A stretch of 45,244 nt of DNA. Source: Deltaproteobacteria bacterium. Its GTDB lineage: Bacteria; Myxococcota_A; Polyangia; Polyangiales; Houyiibacteriaceae. The DNA lies in NCBI GenBank assembly GCA_041821485.1, contig JBGUEF010000001.1, positions 1 through 45,244 on the forward strand, written 5' to 3'. The notes beneath the pieces are model-generated. The model searched no databases, was not told the DNA's origin, and saw only the letters and a program-made list of their open reading frames with translations. The translations under genes were made by a program, and so were the position numbers. Below, piece after piece: positions 19,942 through 29,780 of the stretch. Every line of letters begins with the position of its first letter. Position 1 is the stretch's first letter.

Positions 19942-20103
19942 GATCCCCAGCTAGCACAAACAGAACTCGGAAGTCGAGAAAGCTCAGTCCCTTTACAGGG
20001 GGCTCTCTGCATGGGATCGTGACCCTAAGAGGGGGACATGGGCATCTTTGGGACCATGGTCGACATGAAGTCGGCGCCCGAGCGCGCCTAGCTGTTCATC
20101 GCG

Positions 20104-22425
20104 ATGGAACGTTTCGTCCTGTGGCACAGAATCCTGCCTCCTGCTTTCGAAGAAGAGGAGACCACTGCCGCCGCCGGGCAGTGGGCGCGCTACGTCACGA
20201 ACGAGGTCCAAAGTGGTGGTGGCGAGGTCATTTCCTCCCTCGCGGGCACCGTCGTCGCGAACTTTGAGCTTCATGAGCTCAAGAGCGCGATCAACCTCGC
20301 CCTCCGCCTGCTCGCGGAAGCTGAGTCGCAACCCGTGCCCGCCGGCGGGCTTCCCATCGCGTTTGGGATCGCGAGCGGCGACGTGCAACGGGACAAAGAC
20401 GACGCTGGCCATCTCACGAACAGCGGTAGCGCCATCGATCGCGCGCAGCTGTTGGCCAACCAAGCCCGCGCGGGCGAAGTCGTTCTCGATGTCGAGTCTC
20501 GCGAAGCAGCGTCGAGAACCTATCTGTTCGGGCGTTCCGTGAGTACGAGCTCCTTCGCGTTGCACGGAGAAGCCATCGACAGGAGCCGGCCGCTTCTCGA
20601 GGAGTGCCGGCAATCCGTTGGTCTGCTTCACCCCGCTCCCGTTCCGGCAAGCGTTCGCCATGCCCTCGAGCCGATGAAGAAGGCCGCGGCAGGGTCTCAG
20701 ACTTGCGCATTCTATTTGAAGGGGGAGCTCGGCATCGGCGCGCGCGCCGGAGTCTTCGCGCTGCGCGACGAGCTTCGACCGGCCGCATTCCTGGAGATCG
20801 GTGCCGTGCCCGGAGGGCTCGAGCCACTCGGAGGGCTCCGCCTCGCGCTTCTGAAGGCTTGGCGAACGCTGGAGCCGACCCGGCAAGCTCTAAAGAAGAC
20901 CGAACCTGGCGTAGCCGACGCGCTCAAAGCCATTGCCTGCGCAGCCCCTCCACCCCGCGAGGCGGCGATCCATGCGCTCAAGGCGATGTGCCGGGCGTTG
21001 CAGGCGAAACGCGGTCTTCCGTGGATCTACGTCAATCGCGTCGGAGCGGTCGATCCTGCAACACTCGGGGTCCTCGGTGCGGCGTTGTCCGACGACACCG
21101 TGGCCGCCCTCCTGTGCATCCGAACCACGGAATCGAGCGTGCCGGCAGGCCTCCGCGGCCTGCGGAGGGCCGCGAAGATCGACCTCCCCACACTGGATCC
21201 CAACGAAGCCCTGATCGTAGCCACCGGTATCCTGGGCCCAGACGCCGACACGGAGATCGCGACCCAGCTCGTGATCACGGGGGGCACCACCGTGCTCGGG
21301 ATCACAGAGGCCGCGCGAACCATGATCGCCACCGGTGATATCGTGCACGACGGCCATCGGTTCGTCTGGCGCGACGAGACGGCGGAACGCCGCCAACACC
21401 TGGGCCCTCGTGCCCTCCTCGAAGAGCGCTTCGCCACCCTCGATACATCGTCGATGCGTTTCCTAGAGATCGCATGCACCGCCCTCCCCGCTTCTTCCGC
21501 GCAAGTCGTGGACGCCGCGGTCGCGTTGGACGGGATACCGGACGGCACGAGGCGCAGGGCTCTCGAGGCGCTGGTCAATGATGGGCTCCTGACGCCACAA
21601 GGTAAGCCAGACTCCGAGCTCCTCCGAAGGGCGGTCGTGCAGCGCATGCCGCCCGCGCGCCGAACCGAAGCCTACCGATTCGTCGCGCATGCACTTCATA
21701 CCGCCGAACCGCTGGTCGGGCCGTCGATGGCAGCCACGGTCGGCGCCTACCTGTGCGAAGGTGGTGACCTCGCGCGCGGGGCACACGCGATTCTCGAGGC
21801 CGGATCCCTGGCTGCGGACAACGGGTACACCGCAGCGGCGGTCAGATTGGCCGCAGCGGCGGTTCAGTATCAACCCGACACCGAGACTCGCGAAGGCGCC
21901 TCCGAAATCAGCCGCGCCGTTCGGCTTCCATCTGGGCCACCCCAGGAGGAGGAAGAGGAAAGGCCGACGATTCCCGTTCCCGTAGCCGAGCTCGAGAACC
22001 CGGCCGACGCGCTCGTGCGGATGCTCAGGGAACAAGACCACGACAAGTTCGATAGCCTGATCGAATCCTCGATCGCAGCGGGCGGCGATCTCACCGGTGC
22101 CCACTGCCTGCGCGTAGTCTCGTACGTGACCCGAGAAGACATTCCGGCCGCGAAACGTGCGCTCGCGGCTGCCAAGAAGACCCCCAATCAAGCGCCGGCG
22201 ACCGCTATCCGAATTGGAATCGCGTCGGCGTGTCTGCAGCTGGCTCGCGGGCGCGGACGCGACGCGATGATCGACGCACTCGAGGCGCTCGCCGCTGCAC
22301 GCGCTCAACAGGACGGGCCAGGGGAAGCGGCCGCGCTGAAGATGGTTTCCGCGACTTGCCTGGCGGCCGGCTTGGAGAGCGACGCGAATCGCCTCGCGCA
22401 CGTCGCCGAAGCAATCGCTAGCTAA
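20104..22425 (+). CDS. large regulatory-type protein: degenerate class III cyclase-like domain + degenerate P-loop NTPase-like region + helical repeats
   Basis: The N-terminal 160 aa align by eye to the cyclase homology domain: GGEVISSLAGTVVANF versus GGxVxKxxGDAxMAxF, IAFGIASGDV versus VRIGIHTGEV, GSAIDRAQLLANQARAGEVVL versus GxxVNxAARLxxxAxxGxIlvS. The metal-binding Asp residues are absent. Next comes YLKGELGIGARAG where AAA_16/STAND relatives have GEAGIGKS. The C-terminal 350 aa is Ala/Leu-rich and helical. Confidence 0.55.
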   Translation: MERFVLWHRILPPAFEEEETTAAAGQWARYVTNEVQSGGGEVISSLAGTVVANFELHELKSAINLALRLLAEAESQPVPAGGLPIAFGIASGDVQRDKDDAGHLTNSGSAIDRAQLLANQARAGEVVLDVESREAASRTYLFGRSVSTSSFALHGEAIDRSRPLLEECRQSVGLLHPAPVPASVRHALEPMKKAAAGSQTCAFYLKGELGIGARAGVFALRDELRPAAFLEIGAVPGGLEPLGGLRLALLKAWRTLEPTRQALKKTEPGVADALKAIACAAPPPREAAIHALKAMCRALQAKRGLPWIYVNRVGAVDPATLGVLGAALSDDTVAALLCIRTTESSVPAGLRGLRRAAKIDLPTLDPNEALIVATGILGPDADTEIATQLVITGGTTVLGITEAARTMIATGDIVHDGHRFVWRDETAERRQHLGPRALLEERFATLDTSSMRFLEIACTALPASSAQVVDAAVALDGIPDGTRRRALEALVNDGLLTPQGKPDSELLRRAVVQRMPPARRTEAYRFVAHALHTAEPLVGPSMAATVGAYLCEGGDLARGAHAILEAGSLAADNGYTAAAVRLAAAAVQYQPDTETREGASEISRAVRLPSGPPQEEEEERPTIPVPVAELENPADALVRMLREQDHDKFDSLIESSIAAGGDLTGAHCLRVVSYVTREDIPAAKRALAAAKKTPNQAPATAIRIGIASACLQLARGRGRDAMIDALEALAAARAQQDGPGEAAALKMVSATCLAAGLESDANRLAHVAEAIAS

Positions 22426-23281
22426 CGCCGGCGTGACCGATCGGATACGAACCTAGCACCTTGAGAAAGGTCGTTACCGCCTCGAGGTCGCGGAGCGCGG
22501 CCTGGGTCGTCTCGCGATCGACATCGCCCTCGAAATCGACATAGAAGACGTACTCGAACGGCGTGTGCGGCTTGGGTCGCGATTCGATTTTCGTGAGGTT
22601 CAAACCGCGCTCCGCAAAAATCGCGATGCAACGCGCCAACGCGCCCTGCTCGTGAATCGTCGAGAAGATCAGCGATGTCTTGCAGGACACACCCTGCCCG
22701 TGGTGAGCGGGCTCGCGCGCAACGATCACCATCCGTGTGTAGTTCTCAGGATGGTCGGCGATTTCCCGGCGTAAAATCGGCAAACCGTGCAACGCTGCCG
22801 CTTCTTCGCTCGCAATGGCCGCCTGCGTCGGGTCGGCATCCCGCTTGACCTTCTCGACGGCCATGGCCGTGTCGACGAACGCTTCCACGTGGCAGTCGTC
22901 GAGGGTCTCCAGAAACTCGCCACACTGCGCAAGCGCCACGGGGTGCGAGTAGACGCGACGAATGTCGGTGACCGCCACCTCTGCCGCTCCAATCAAGCAA
23001 TGGGCAATCGGCTGAAACTCTTCCCCGACGAGGAAGAGCCCCGTTTTGGCGAGCAGGTCGTAGCTGTCGTTGATCGAGCCAGCGATCGAGTTCTCGATGG
23101 GCAGCACCGCGTAGTCGGCTTCTCCCGCCTTCACGGCTTCGAGCATCTGGCGAAAGCTGTGATAGCCAACACAGCGAATCGGCTCCTCTGCGTCGGCGAA
23201 GTGATGCGTCGCAGCGAGTTGGCTATACGCTCCCTCGGTGCCCTGGTACCCGACCACCAGCTCTTGTTTGGTCTCGGTCAA
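22418..23281 (-). CDS. pheA: prephenate dehydratase with C-terminal ACT domain
   Basis: The PDT domain has VVGYQGTEGAYSQ and LPIENSIAGSI. The ACT domain has TSLIFSTIHEQGALARCIAIFAERGLNLTKIESRP. The tracked ORF (to 23512) overlaps yajQ. I place the start at the TTG at 23281, just after the yajQ stop. The exact start is uncertain. Confidence 0.85.
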   Translation of the reverse strand: MTETKQELVVGYQGTEGAYSQLAATHHFADAEEPIRCVGYHSFRQMLEAVKAGEADYAVLPIENSIAGSINDSYDLLAKTGLFLVGEEFQPIAHCLIGAAEVAVTDIRRVYSHPVALAQCGEFLETLDDCHVEAFVDTAMAVEKVKRDADPTQAAIASEEAAALHGLPILRREIADHPENYTRMVIVAREPAHHGQGVSCKTSLIFSTIHEQGALARCIAIFAERGLNLTKIESRPKPHTPFEYVFYVDFEGDVDRETTQAALRDLEAVTTFLKVLGSYPIGHAGVS

Positions 23282-23292
23282 AGCAAACGGCC

Positions 23293-23778
23293 TCAGTCTC
23301 GGAAGTTCACGTATTGGAGTGGCAGGTCGAAGTCCTGCTCCTTGAGAAACGCAATGGTCTCCTGCAAATCGTCGCGCTTCTTGCCCGAAACCCGCACCGC
23401 GTCGCCCTGGATCGAGGCCTGAACCTTGAGCTTGCTGTCTTTGATCGCTTTGACGATTTCCTTGGCCTTTTCCTTGGACACGCCCTCTTTGAGCTTGATG
23501 AGCTGCCTCCACATCTGCCCGCCTGCTTGCTGGGCCTGCTGAGCGTCGAGCGACTTCAAAGACACCTGACGGCGGACCATTTTGCTCTCGAGCACGTCGC
23601 GTGCAGCGTCGAGCCGGCCCTCGCTGTTCGACCGGATCACAATCCCTTCGTCGGTTTGCTCGATCGTGCTCTCGGTGCCCTTGAAATCGTACCGCTGGGC
23701 GATCTCTTTGCTCGCTTGGTTGCGCGCATTATCGACTTCGTGTTGGTCGAGCTTGGAAACGACATCGAACGACGGCAT
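23293..23778 (-). CDS. yajQ: YajQ-family (UPF0234) nucleotide/cyclic-di-GMP-binding protein
   Basis: 161 aa. MPSFDVVSKLDQHEVDNARNQASKEIAQRYDFKG is the family signature. A GGAGG sits 5 nt upstream of the ATG. Confidence 0.9.
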   Translation of the reverse strand: MPSFDVVSKLDQHEVDNARNQASKEIAQRYDFKGTESTIEQTDEGIVIRSNSEGRLDAARDVLESKMVRRQVSLKSLDAQQAQQAGGQMWRQLIKLKEGVSKEKAKEIVKAIKDSKLKVQASIQGDAVRVSGKKRDDLQETIAFLKEQDFDLPLQYVNFRD

Positions 23779-23802
23779 CTTGACCTCCGGTCCGCGACCA
23801 TA

Positions 23803-25308
23803 TCACGCCGACGGCTTCCGGCGAGTCGGCTTCTGCACTTCTACGCCCGGGTCCCCACTCATCAATGGAGAAAAGAAGTTGTCTTTCTTGGTGTACTCAT
23901 CGACGCGGAACGCGAACTTATAGCTGGGTGCCGACCGCATGTTGCAATCGGTCCGCTCACAAAACCGGCAGGTCGTCCCAACGGGTACCGCCATCTTCTT
24001 TGGGTCAGCAAACGGAAGGTCGTCGGCATACGCGAAGTGCTTGGCGTCGTCCGCATGGGTGCCGAGGCCGATGCTGTGGGTCGTGCCCTTGACGAGCGAA
24101 CCCTGCTGCGGCTCGCTGACGATCTTGGCGAAGCAGAAGTAGGTCGATCCATCGGGAAACGCCGAGTACTGCTTGGTGATGACGCTCGGCGTGAGAAAAG
24201 CCAGGTGCACGGCCATCTTGGGACATGAGCCGTCCTGGTACGGAAACCGAATTCCATCACCGGCGTAGCGCTTGGAGATGTTGCCCGCGACGTCGACCCT
24301 CAGAAAGTGCATGGGAGCGCCCCTGCGCCGCGGGTCCGATAGATTGCACATCCGGTGCGCGACGGTCTCGTATGAGGACTCAAAAATCTGCGCGAGCAGC
24401 TCTACGTCGTAGCGCGTGCCCATCACCTCCCGGTAGAACTCTGGATAGGGAAGCAGGAGCGCGCCAGCAAAGTAGTTGGCCAGATGAATCTTGATCAGCT
24501 TCCGGGTCTCGCCGTGCTGGCCCCTGTAGCCCTCGAGGATTGGCTTGTGCAGCTTTTCCTCATCGAAAAGGCCGAGCGCAATCGTGTGCGCGAGCTGGAA
24601 CTTCAGCCGCTGCTCGAACAAATCCTCCGAAACGGTGAGAATGCGTTCCTGGGCATTCCAGGTGCGGATGACGGAGCTGCCGCTGCGCTCGGGAATTCGC
24701 TGCACGCGCACTCCGACCTGCGCCAATAGCCCTCGCTCGAGATCGTCGCTCGTGACACGGCGTCCAAACGCGCAGTCGCGCCGAAACTGCTGCGCGCGTT
24801 CCTCGAGTAGCTCGAACCAGTTGTGATGCTGCTCGAGAAAGTCGGTCACCTCGTCGTATGGGCTGTAATCGAAGCGAACCGAGTCGTCGTCACCCTGCCG
24901 CTCCCGCTGCGCGATGCTTGCCGTCACGTGGTCGAGCTGACTGCGAGTGTTCTTGTAGAGATTGAAGAGCGCCGTGATGGTCGCCACCATTCGCGGTTCC
25001 GCGCTGATGCTGGCGAGGTCTTCTTCGCTGAGGTTGAGCGAACGCAGCAAAGGCTCGTCGAGCAGCCGGGCGAGGCCGTCGTCGACCCGGTGCTCGCCTA
25101 GGCTCTCCATGAAGTCTTCGACCGCAACGTCGTAGACCTCGAGCGCCTGAAAGAGCAGCGGCAACTGAACGACGCGCTTGCCCTTCTCGATGAGGCTCAA
25201 ATACGCGGGTGAGATCTTGAGACGGCGCGCGACCTCGCTTTGCTGGAGGCCCCGCCGTAGCCGAAGCTCCCGCAGGCGTTGCCCCATCGCCGCGTTGGTC
25301 TCGGCCAT
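23803..25308 (-). CDS. XRE-HTH / DUF955-like / DUF2083 regulator of the short-chain fatty acyl-CoA regulator (PrpR/RamB, ScfR) type
   Basis: N-terminal Cro/C1 HTH (GQRLRELRLRRGLQQSEVARRLKISPAYLSLIEKGKR). The central ImmA/IrrE-like region has a degenerate HExxH (QLAHTIAL). The C-terminal Cys cluster CRFCERTDCNMRSAPS (CxxCx4C) matches the Fe-S/CoA-binding C-terminal domain of mycobacterial PrpR-type regulators. Confidence 0.75.
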   Translation of the reverse strand: MAETNAAMGQRLRELRLRRGLQQSEVARRLKISPAYLSLIEKGKRVVQLPLLFQALEVYDVAVEDFMESLGEHRVDDGLARLLDEPLLRSLNLSEEDLASISAEPRMVATITALFNLYKNTRSQLDHVTASIAQRERQGDDDSVRFDYSPYDEVTDFLEQHHNWFELLEERAQQFRRDCAFGRRVTSDDLERGLLAQVGVRVQRIPERSGSSVIRTWNAQERILTVSEDLFEQRLKFQLAHTIALGLFDEEKLHKPILEGYRGQHGETRKLIKIHLANYFAGALLLPYPEFYREVMGTRYDVELLAQIFESSYETVAHRMCNLSDPRRRGAPMHFLRVDVAGNISKRYAGDGIRFPYQDGSCPKMAVHLAFLTPSVITKQYSAFPDGSTYFCFAKIVSEPQQGSLVKGTTHSIGLGTHADDAKHFAYADDLPFADPKKMAVPVGTTCRFCERTDCNMRSAPSYKFAFRVDEYTKKDNFFSPLMSGDPGVEVQKPTRRKPSA

Positions 25309-25543
25309 CCGAGCCTTTTACCGCAAATTTACAAGGTCCACCAGAGTGGAGAAGCTCCGAAAAGCCATGTTTCTCGGGCGCTTGACCCCCGTCGGCCATA
25401 TGATAGTCCAACGAACATCGGGTTCGGCCGTGTGAAGCTGTAAAGGGCACCGCAACGGTCGCGCGAGCCCGCGACGCAAGCGATGCGAAAAACGATGTAG
25501 GCTTCTGCCCCCTCGGGCGGATCGCAGAGGAAAGGACCGGCGG
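25309..25543. promoter_or_regulatory. divergent control region between the ScfR-type regulator and the ecm operon
   Basis: 235-bp non-coding gap between divergent start codons, with GC lower than its flanks. It contains short inverted repeats: TCCAC-CAGA-GTGGA (25337-25350), CGAAC-ATCGG-GTTCG (25412-25426) and GTCGCG-CGAGCC-CGCGAC (25458-25475). No promoter with canonical spacing and no known riboswitch core could be identified. Confidence 0.35.
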
Positions 25544-27550
25544 ATGGCGGAGGACGGCAAGCAGGAGCGCGACAGACCGTGGATCATGCGTACGTACTCG
25601 GGCCACAGTACGGCGGCCGCGTCGAATGCACTGTACCGAACCAACCTAGCGAAGGGCCAAACCGGCCTCAGCGTGGCGTTCGATTTGCCAACCCAGACCG
25701 GCTACGACGCGGACGATCCACTCGCTCGCGGTGAGGTCGGTAAGGTCGGCGTCCCCGTCTCACACATCGGCGACATGCGCGCGCTCTTCGACGGGCTTCC
25801 GCTCGACCAAATGAACACGTCGATGACGATCAACGCCACCGCGGTGTGGCTGTTGTCGCTCTACGTGGCGGTCGCCGAGGAGCAGGGCGTCGACCCGAGC
25901 GTCCTTCGAGGCACGACGCAGAACGACATCATCAAAGAGTACCTATCGCGCGGTACGCACATCTTCCCGCCCGCGCCGTCGATGCGGCTGATCACCGACT
26001 TGATCACCTACACGGTCGACGAAGTCCCCAAGTGGAACCCGATCAACATCTGCAGCTACCACTTGCAGGAAGCCGGCGCGACGCCCACGCAGGAGCTCGC
26101 CTATGCGCTGGTCACCGCGATCGGCGTGCTCGACGCCGTGAAGGCGACGGGCCGCGTGCCCGAAAGTGAGTTCGGCACGGTCGTCGGGCGCATGAGCTTT
26201 TTCGTGAACGCCGGCATTCGCTTCGTCGAAGAGCTTTGCAAGATGCGCGCGTTCGTCGAGCTCTGGGACCGCGTGACTCGCGAGCGCTACGGCGTCACCG
26301 ACCCCAAGCAGCGCCGGTTCCGATACGGCGTGCAGGTGAATTCCCTCGGCCTCACCGAGCAACAGCCCGAGAACAACGTCATCCGAATCGTCCTGGAAAT
26401 GCTGGCGGTCACCCTCAGCAAAGACGCACGGGCCCGCGCGATTCAGCTTCCCGCGTGGAACGAGGCGCTCGGTCTACCGCGCCCATGGGATCAGCAATGG
26501 TCACTGCGCGCCCAGCAGATCCTCGCCTACGAGAGCGACCTTCTCGAATATGCCGACCTGTTCAAGGGCAGCGAGGTCGTCGAAGCGAACACCCAACGGC
26601 TGGTCGACTCCGCATGGACGGAAGTGCAAGAGGTGTTGAAGCGCGGCGGCGCCGTCGAGGCGGTCGAGAGCGGCTACATCAAGCAGAGGCTCGTCGAGTC
26701 GAACGCGGCCCGGCTTCGCGCGATCGAGAACGGCGACCAGGTCGTAGTGGGGGTCAACAAGTACATTGAAGGCGCGCCCTCCCCGCTCACCGAGAACCTC
26801 GATGACGCGATCCTCACGGTCGACCCGGAGGTCGACGCCAATCAGCGCGAGGCGCTCGGCCACTGGAAACTCGAGCGTGACGGCGCCGCGGTCGCCAAGG
26901 CGCTGGCGGAGCTACAGCGCGTCGCAAATACCGATGAGAACATGATGGCCCCGTCGATTGCTGCAGCGCACGCGGGTGTCACCACCGGCGAGTGGGCCAA
27001 CACGCTTCGCCAAGTCTGGGGCGAGTACCGCGCGCCGACGGGCGTGGCGGGCGCCACCGTGAAGGCTTCGGGGTCCGGCGCCTCCGCGGAGGTGATCGAT
27101 CGACTGCGCGCTCGGCTTAGCGACCTCGAAACCCGGATGGGGCGAAGGGCGAAGCTGCTCGTGGGCAAGCCCGGCCTCGACGGTCACTCGAACGGTGCGG
27201 AACAAATCGCCATCAAGGCCCGCGATGTCGGCTTCGACGTCGTCTACGAAGGAATTCGGGTCTCGCCAGAGCAAATCGTGGCGTCTGCGCTCGAAGAAGG
27301 CGTTCATCTCATCGGCCTGAGTATTCTCAGTGGCTCTCATCTCGCGCTCGTCCCGGAGGTCGCGGAGCGGCTTCGCGCTGCGGGGCTTGGCGACGTGCCC
27401 CTGGTCGTGGGCGGCATCATTCCGGACGCGGACGCCGAACGGCTTCGCCGGGAGGGGATCGCAGCGGTCTATACGCCAAAGGACTTCGAGCTCGACAACA
27501 TCATGAGCGACTTGATCGACCTGGTGGACCGCCAGCATGCCGCCGAGTGA
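25544..27550 (+). CDS. ecm: adenosylcobalamin-dependent acyl-CoA mutase with fused B12-binding domain, most likely ethylmalonyl-CoA mutase
   Basis: 668 aa. DRPWIMRTYSGHSTAAASNALYRTNLAKGQTGLSVAFDLPTQTGYD and NTSMTINATA are of the Icm/Ecm subclass (MCM has AGFSTA/THRGYDSD). The C-terminal B12 domain has GLDGHSNGAEQIA (DxHxxG) and SILSGSH. The Ecm assignment rests on this size, the fused domain architecture and the ccr and mcd neighbours. Confidence 0.8.
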   Translation: MAEDGKQERDRPWIMRTYSGHSTAAASNALYRTNLAKGQTGLSVAFDLPTQTGYDADDPLARGEVGKVGVPVSHIGDMRALFDGLPLDQMNTSMTINATAVWLLSLYVAVAEEQGVDPSVLRGTTQNDIIKEYLSRGTHIFPPAPSMRLITDLITYTVDEVPKWNPINICSYHLQEAGATPTQELAYALVTAIGVLDAVKATGRVPESEFGTVVGRMSFFVNAGIRFVEELCKMRAFVELWDRVTRERYGVTDPKQRRFRYGVQVNSLGLTEQQPENNVIRIVLEMLAVTLSKDARARAIQLPAWNEALGLPRPWDQQWSLRAQQILAYESDLLEYADLFKGSEVVEANTQRLVDSAWTEVQEVLKRGGAVEAVESGYIKQRLVESNAARLRAIENGDQVVVGVNKYIEGAPSPLTENLDDAILTVDPEVDANQREALGHWKLERDGAAVAKALAELQRVANTDENMMAPSIAAAHAGVTTGEWANTLRQVWGEYRAPTGVAGATVKASGSGASAEVIDRLRARLSDLETRMGRRAKLLVGKPGLDGHSNGAEQIAIKARDVGFDVVYEGIRVSPEQIVASALEEGVHLIGLSILSGSHLALVPEVAERLRAAGLGDVPLVVGGIIPDADAERLRREGIAAVYTPKDFELDNIMSDLIDLVDRQHAAE

Positions 27551-28544
27551 TCTGTCGGACGACGCACGGCTGGTGATGTCCGCGGACAAGGCGGCCGTCT
27601 CTCGCGCTTTGAACCTCGTCGAGGATCGACGGTCCGACGCGCACGCCCGCGTCACCGGGCTTCTGGCCGCGCTCAAGGATGCCCCGAAGGCGGCGGCCGG
27701 TCACCGCGTGGGCCTTACCGGTCCGCCCGGGGTCGGAAAGAGCACCTTGACGTCGACGCTCGCGCGCTCTGTTCGACGACGTGATCGCACGGTCGGAGTC
27801 GTCGCCGTCGATCCGTCCAGCATACGGTCGGGTGGCTCGTTGCTCGGCGACCGCGCCCGGATGAGCTTCGACCCCTCCGATGCGGGCCTGTTCGTACGCT
27901 CCCTCGCAACGGCGGGCGAAGTCGGGGGCCTTGCCTACGCGGCCAACTCCGCGGTGCGTGTGTTGGCAGCGGCCTACGACATCGTCGTCATCGAGACGAC
28001 GGGGGTCGGACAGTCGGAGATCGACATCGTGCACGTGGCGGACACGGTCGTCCTCGTGATCCAGCCCGGGAGCGGCGACGTGCTTCAGTTCCTGAAGGCC
28101 GGCATCATGGAGATCCCGGATATACTGGTTGTGAACAAGGCGGATCACGACGAGCTCGCGCAGCGTGCCATCGCTGACCTCCGCGGTGCCCTTCGAACCG
28201 CCCATGCAGCAGGCGCCGAGGGCGGCCGGGATGCCGACTGGGAAACACCGATCATCGCGACCAGCGCAACCAAAGGCACCGGAATTGATGCGCTCATCGA
28301 CGCCCTCGACGCGCATCGGCAGCACCTCGACGCGACGCTTCCAGCACGACGCCGCCAAGGCGAGGTCCAGTGGACACTCGACCTTTTCAGCCGCAAGCAT
28401 GGCGAGCATGGGCTGGCGACCCTAGGGGGGGTAGCGCGGCTCAAAGCCCGCGCCGAACGAGACCTCGCCGGCGGTGATACGCCGTTAGGCCTTTGCGAAC
28501 ACTTGAGCCGGGAGTATGTATCAGCGCTCGGCAAAACTCCGTGA
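27537..28544 (+). CDS. meaB: MeaB/ArgK-type G3E GTPase (mutase chaperone)
   Basis: P-loop GPPGVGKST, then VVAVDPSS..GGSLLGDRARM, ETTGVGQSE and NKADH. Overlaps the ecm end by 14 nt. Confidence 0.88.
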   Translation: MPPSDLSDDARLVMSADKAAVSRALNLVEDRRSDAHARVTGLLAALKDAPKAAAGHRVGLTGPPGVGKSTLTSTLARSVRRRDRTVGVVAVDPSSIRSGGSLLGDRARMSFDPSDAGLFVRSLATAGEVGGLAYAANSAVRVLAAAYDIVVIETTGVGQSEIDIVHVADTVVLVIQPGSGDVLQFLKAGIMEIPDILVVNKADHDELAQRAIADLRGALRTAHAAGAEGGRDADWETPIIATSATKGTGIDALIDALDAHRQHLDATLPARRRQGEVQWTLDLFSRKHGEHGLATLGGVARLKARAERDLAGGDTPLGLCEHLSREYVSALGKTP

Positions 28545-28551
28545 GGAACCC

Positions 28552-29772
28552 ATGACTGAACGTCCAGATATCGTCCCCGTTGGTCAAGTCCCAGAGCTCG
28601 GCGCCGTGCCTGAGAAGATGCACGCCTACGTCATTCGCCCCGAGCGGTTCGGCGAGCCCAAACAATCTTTCCAGCACGAAGAGGCGCCGGTTTGGGAGCT
28701 CGGTCCTGGCGAGGTCCTGGTGCAGGTCATGGCGGCTGGCGTCAATTTCAACGGCATCTGGGCGGGGCTTGGCAAGCCGGTCAACATACTCAAAGGTCAC
28801 GGGCTCGAGTACCACATTGCAGGCTCCGATGCGTCTGGTGTCGTGTGGGCGGTCGGCCCCGGCGTCAACGACCACAAGGTGGGCGATGAGGTAGTGGTGC
28901 ACTGCAACCATCTCGTGAACCCGGGCACCAACGACTTGCAGACCATCTGGGGCTACGAAACCCCCGACGGCTCGTTCGCACAGTTCACCAGAGTTCAGGC
29001 GCAGCAGGTGTTGCCAAAGCCCGCGCACCTCAGCTGGGAAGAGGCCTCGAGCTACGGCCTCACCTATTACACGGCCCACCGCATGTTGGTCGACCGCGCC
29101 AAGGTCGAGCCAGGCGAGGACGTGCTCATCTGGGGCGCTGGCGGCGGCCTGGGGGTATTCGCCGTGCAGCTTTGTAAGATCATGGGCGCCCGCGCGATCG
29201 CGGTGGTGTCGAGCGACGACAAAGCCGAGCTGGTCATGCAGCTGGGAGCACACGGGGTGATCAATCGCAGGGACTTTCCGGCGCTTCAGTACAAAGACGA
29301 CATGACGCCAGAGGAGCAAAAGGCGCACAGCGCCGACCTCAAGGGCTTTGGCAAACGGATCTGGGAGATTCTCGGCGAGCGTAAGGGTCCCGACGTCGTG
29401 TTTGAGCACGTCGGCAAGGCGACCTTCCCGGCAAGCGTCTTCCTGGCAGCGAAGTACGGTCGAATCGTCATCTGCGGCGCCACCACCGGCTACGACCTGA
29501 ACTTCGACGTGCGTCATCTCTGGATGCGCCAGAAGCAGATCATCGGCTCCCACTTCGCGGACGCCGATTCGGCGAGCCGTGCGAACCGGCTGGTCATTCA
29601 AGACAAGGTCAAGCCGGTCATGACGCGCCTCTTCACGTGGGAAGAGATCCCCGAGGCTCATCAATTGATGTACGAGAACAAGCTTCACGGCACGGTCGCC
29701 TGCTTGGTCGGCGCGCCTCGGCCCGGGCTCAAGAACCTCGAAGAAACCCTCGCCGCAATCGCAAACGGTTAG
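28552..29772 (+). CDS. ccr: crotonyl-CoA carboxylase/reductase
   Basis: 406 aa from the ATG preceded by GAGGA. VLVQVMAAGVNFNGIWAG, HIAGSDASGVVWAVG, WGYETPDGSFAQFTRVQAQQ, VFEHVGKATFP and GATTGY..FDVRHLWMRQK closely track known Ccr sequences. Confidence 0.88.
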   Translation: MTERPDIVPVGQVPELGAVPEKMHAYVIRPERFGEPKQSFQHEEAPVWELGPGEVLVQVMAAGVNFNGIWAGLGKPVNILKGHGLEYHIAGSDASGVVWAVGPGVNDHKVGDEVVVHCNHLVNPGTNDLQTIWGYETPDGSFAQFTRVQAQQVLPKPAHLSWEEASSYGLTYYTAHRMLVDRAKVEPGEDVLIWGAGGGLGVFAVQLCKIMGARAIAVVSSDDKAELVMQLGAHGVINRRDFPALQYKDDMTPEEQKAHSADLKGFGKRIWEILGERKGPDVVFEHVGKATFPASVFLAAKYGRIVICGATTGYDLNFDVRHLWMRQKQIIGSHFADADSASRANRLVIQDKVKPVMTRLFTWEEIPEAHQLMYENKLHGTVACLVGAPRPGLKNLEETLAAIANG

Positions 29773-29780
29773 GAGCAGCC

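Noticed and set aside
20038-20091. 17-codon upstream ORF (MGIFGTMVDMKSAPERA) before the cyclase-like gene as a leader peptide
   Set aside because: The SD-like GAGGGGG is only 2 nt from the ATG. There is no attenuator structure and conservation cannot be assessed, so this is likely chance.
22418-23512. 364-aa PheA with long N-terminal extension
   Set aside because: The extension overlaps the well-supported yajQ gene in another frame and is Gly/Arg/Gln-rich. The PDT domain begins right after the yajQ stop, so a TTG/GTG start near 23281 is more plausible.
25405-25543. Cobalamin riboswitch in the leader of the B12-dependent mutase operon
   Set aside because: No B12-box (GCCACTG-like) or conserved core is visible. 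Only generic GC hairpins are present.
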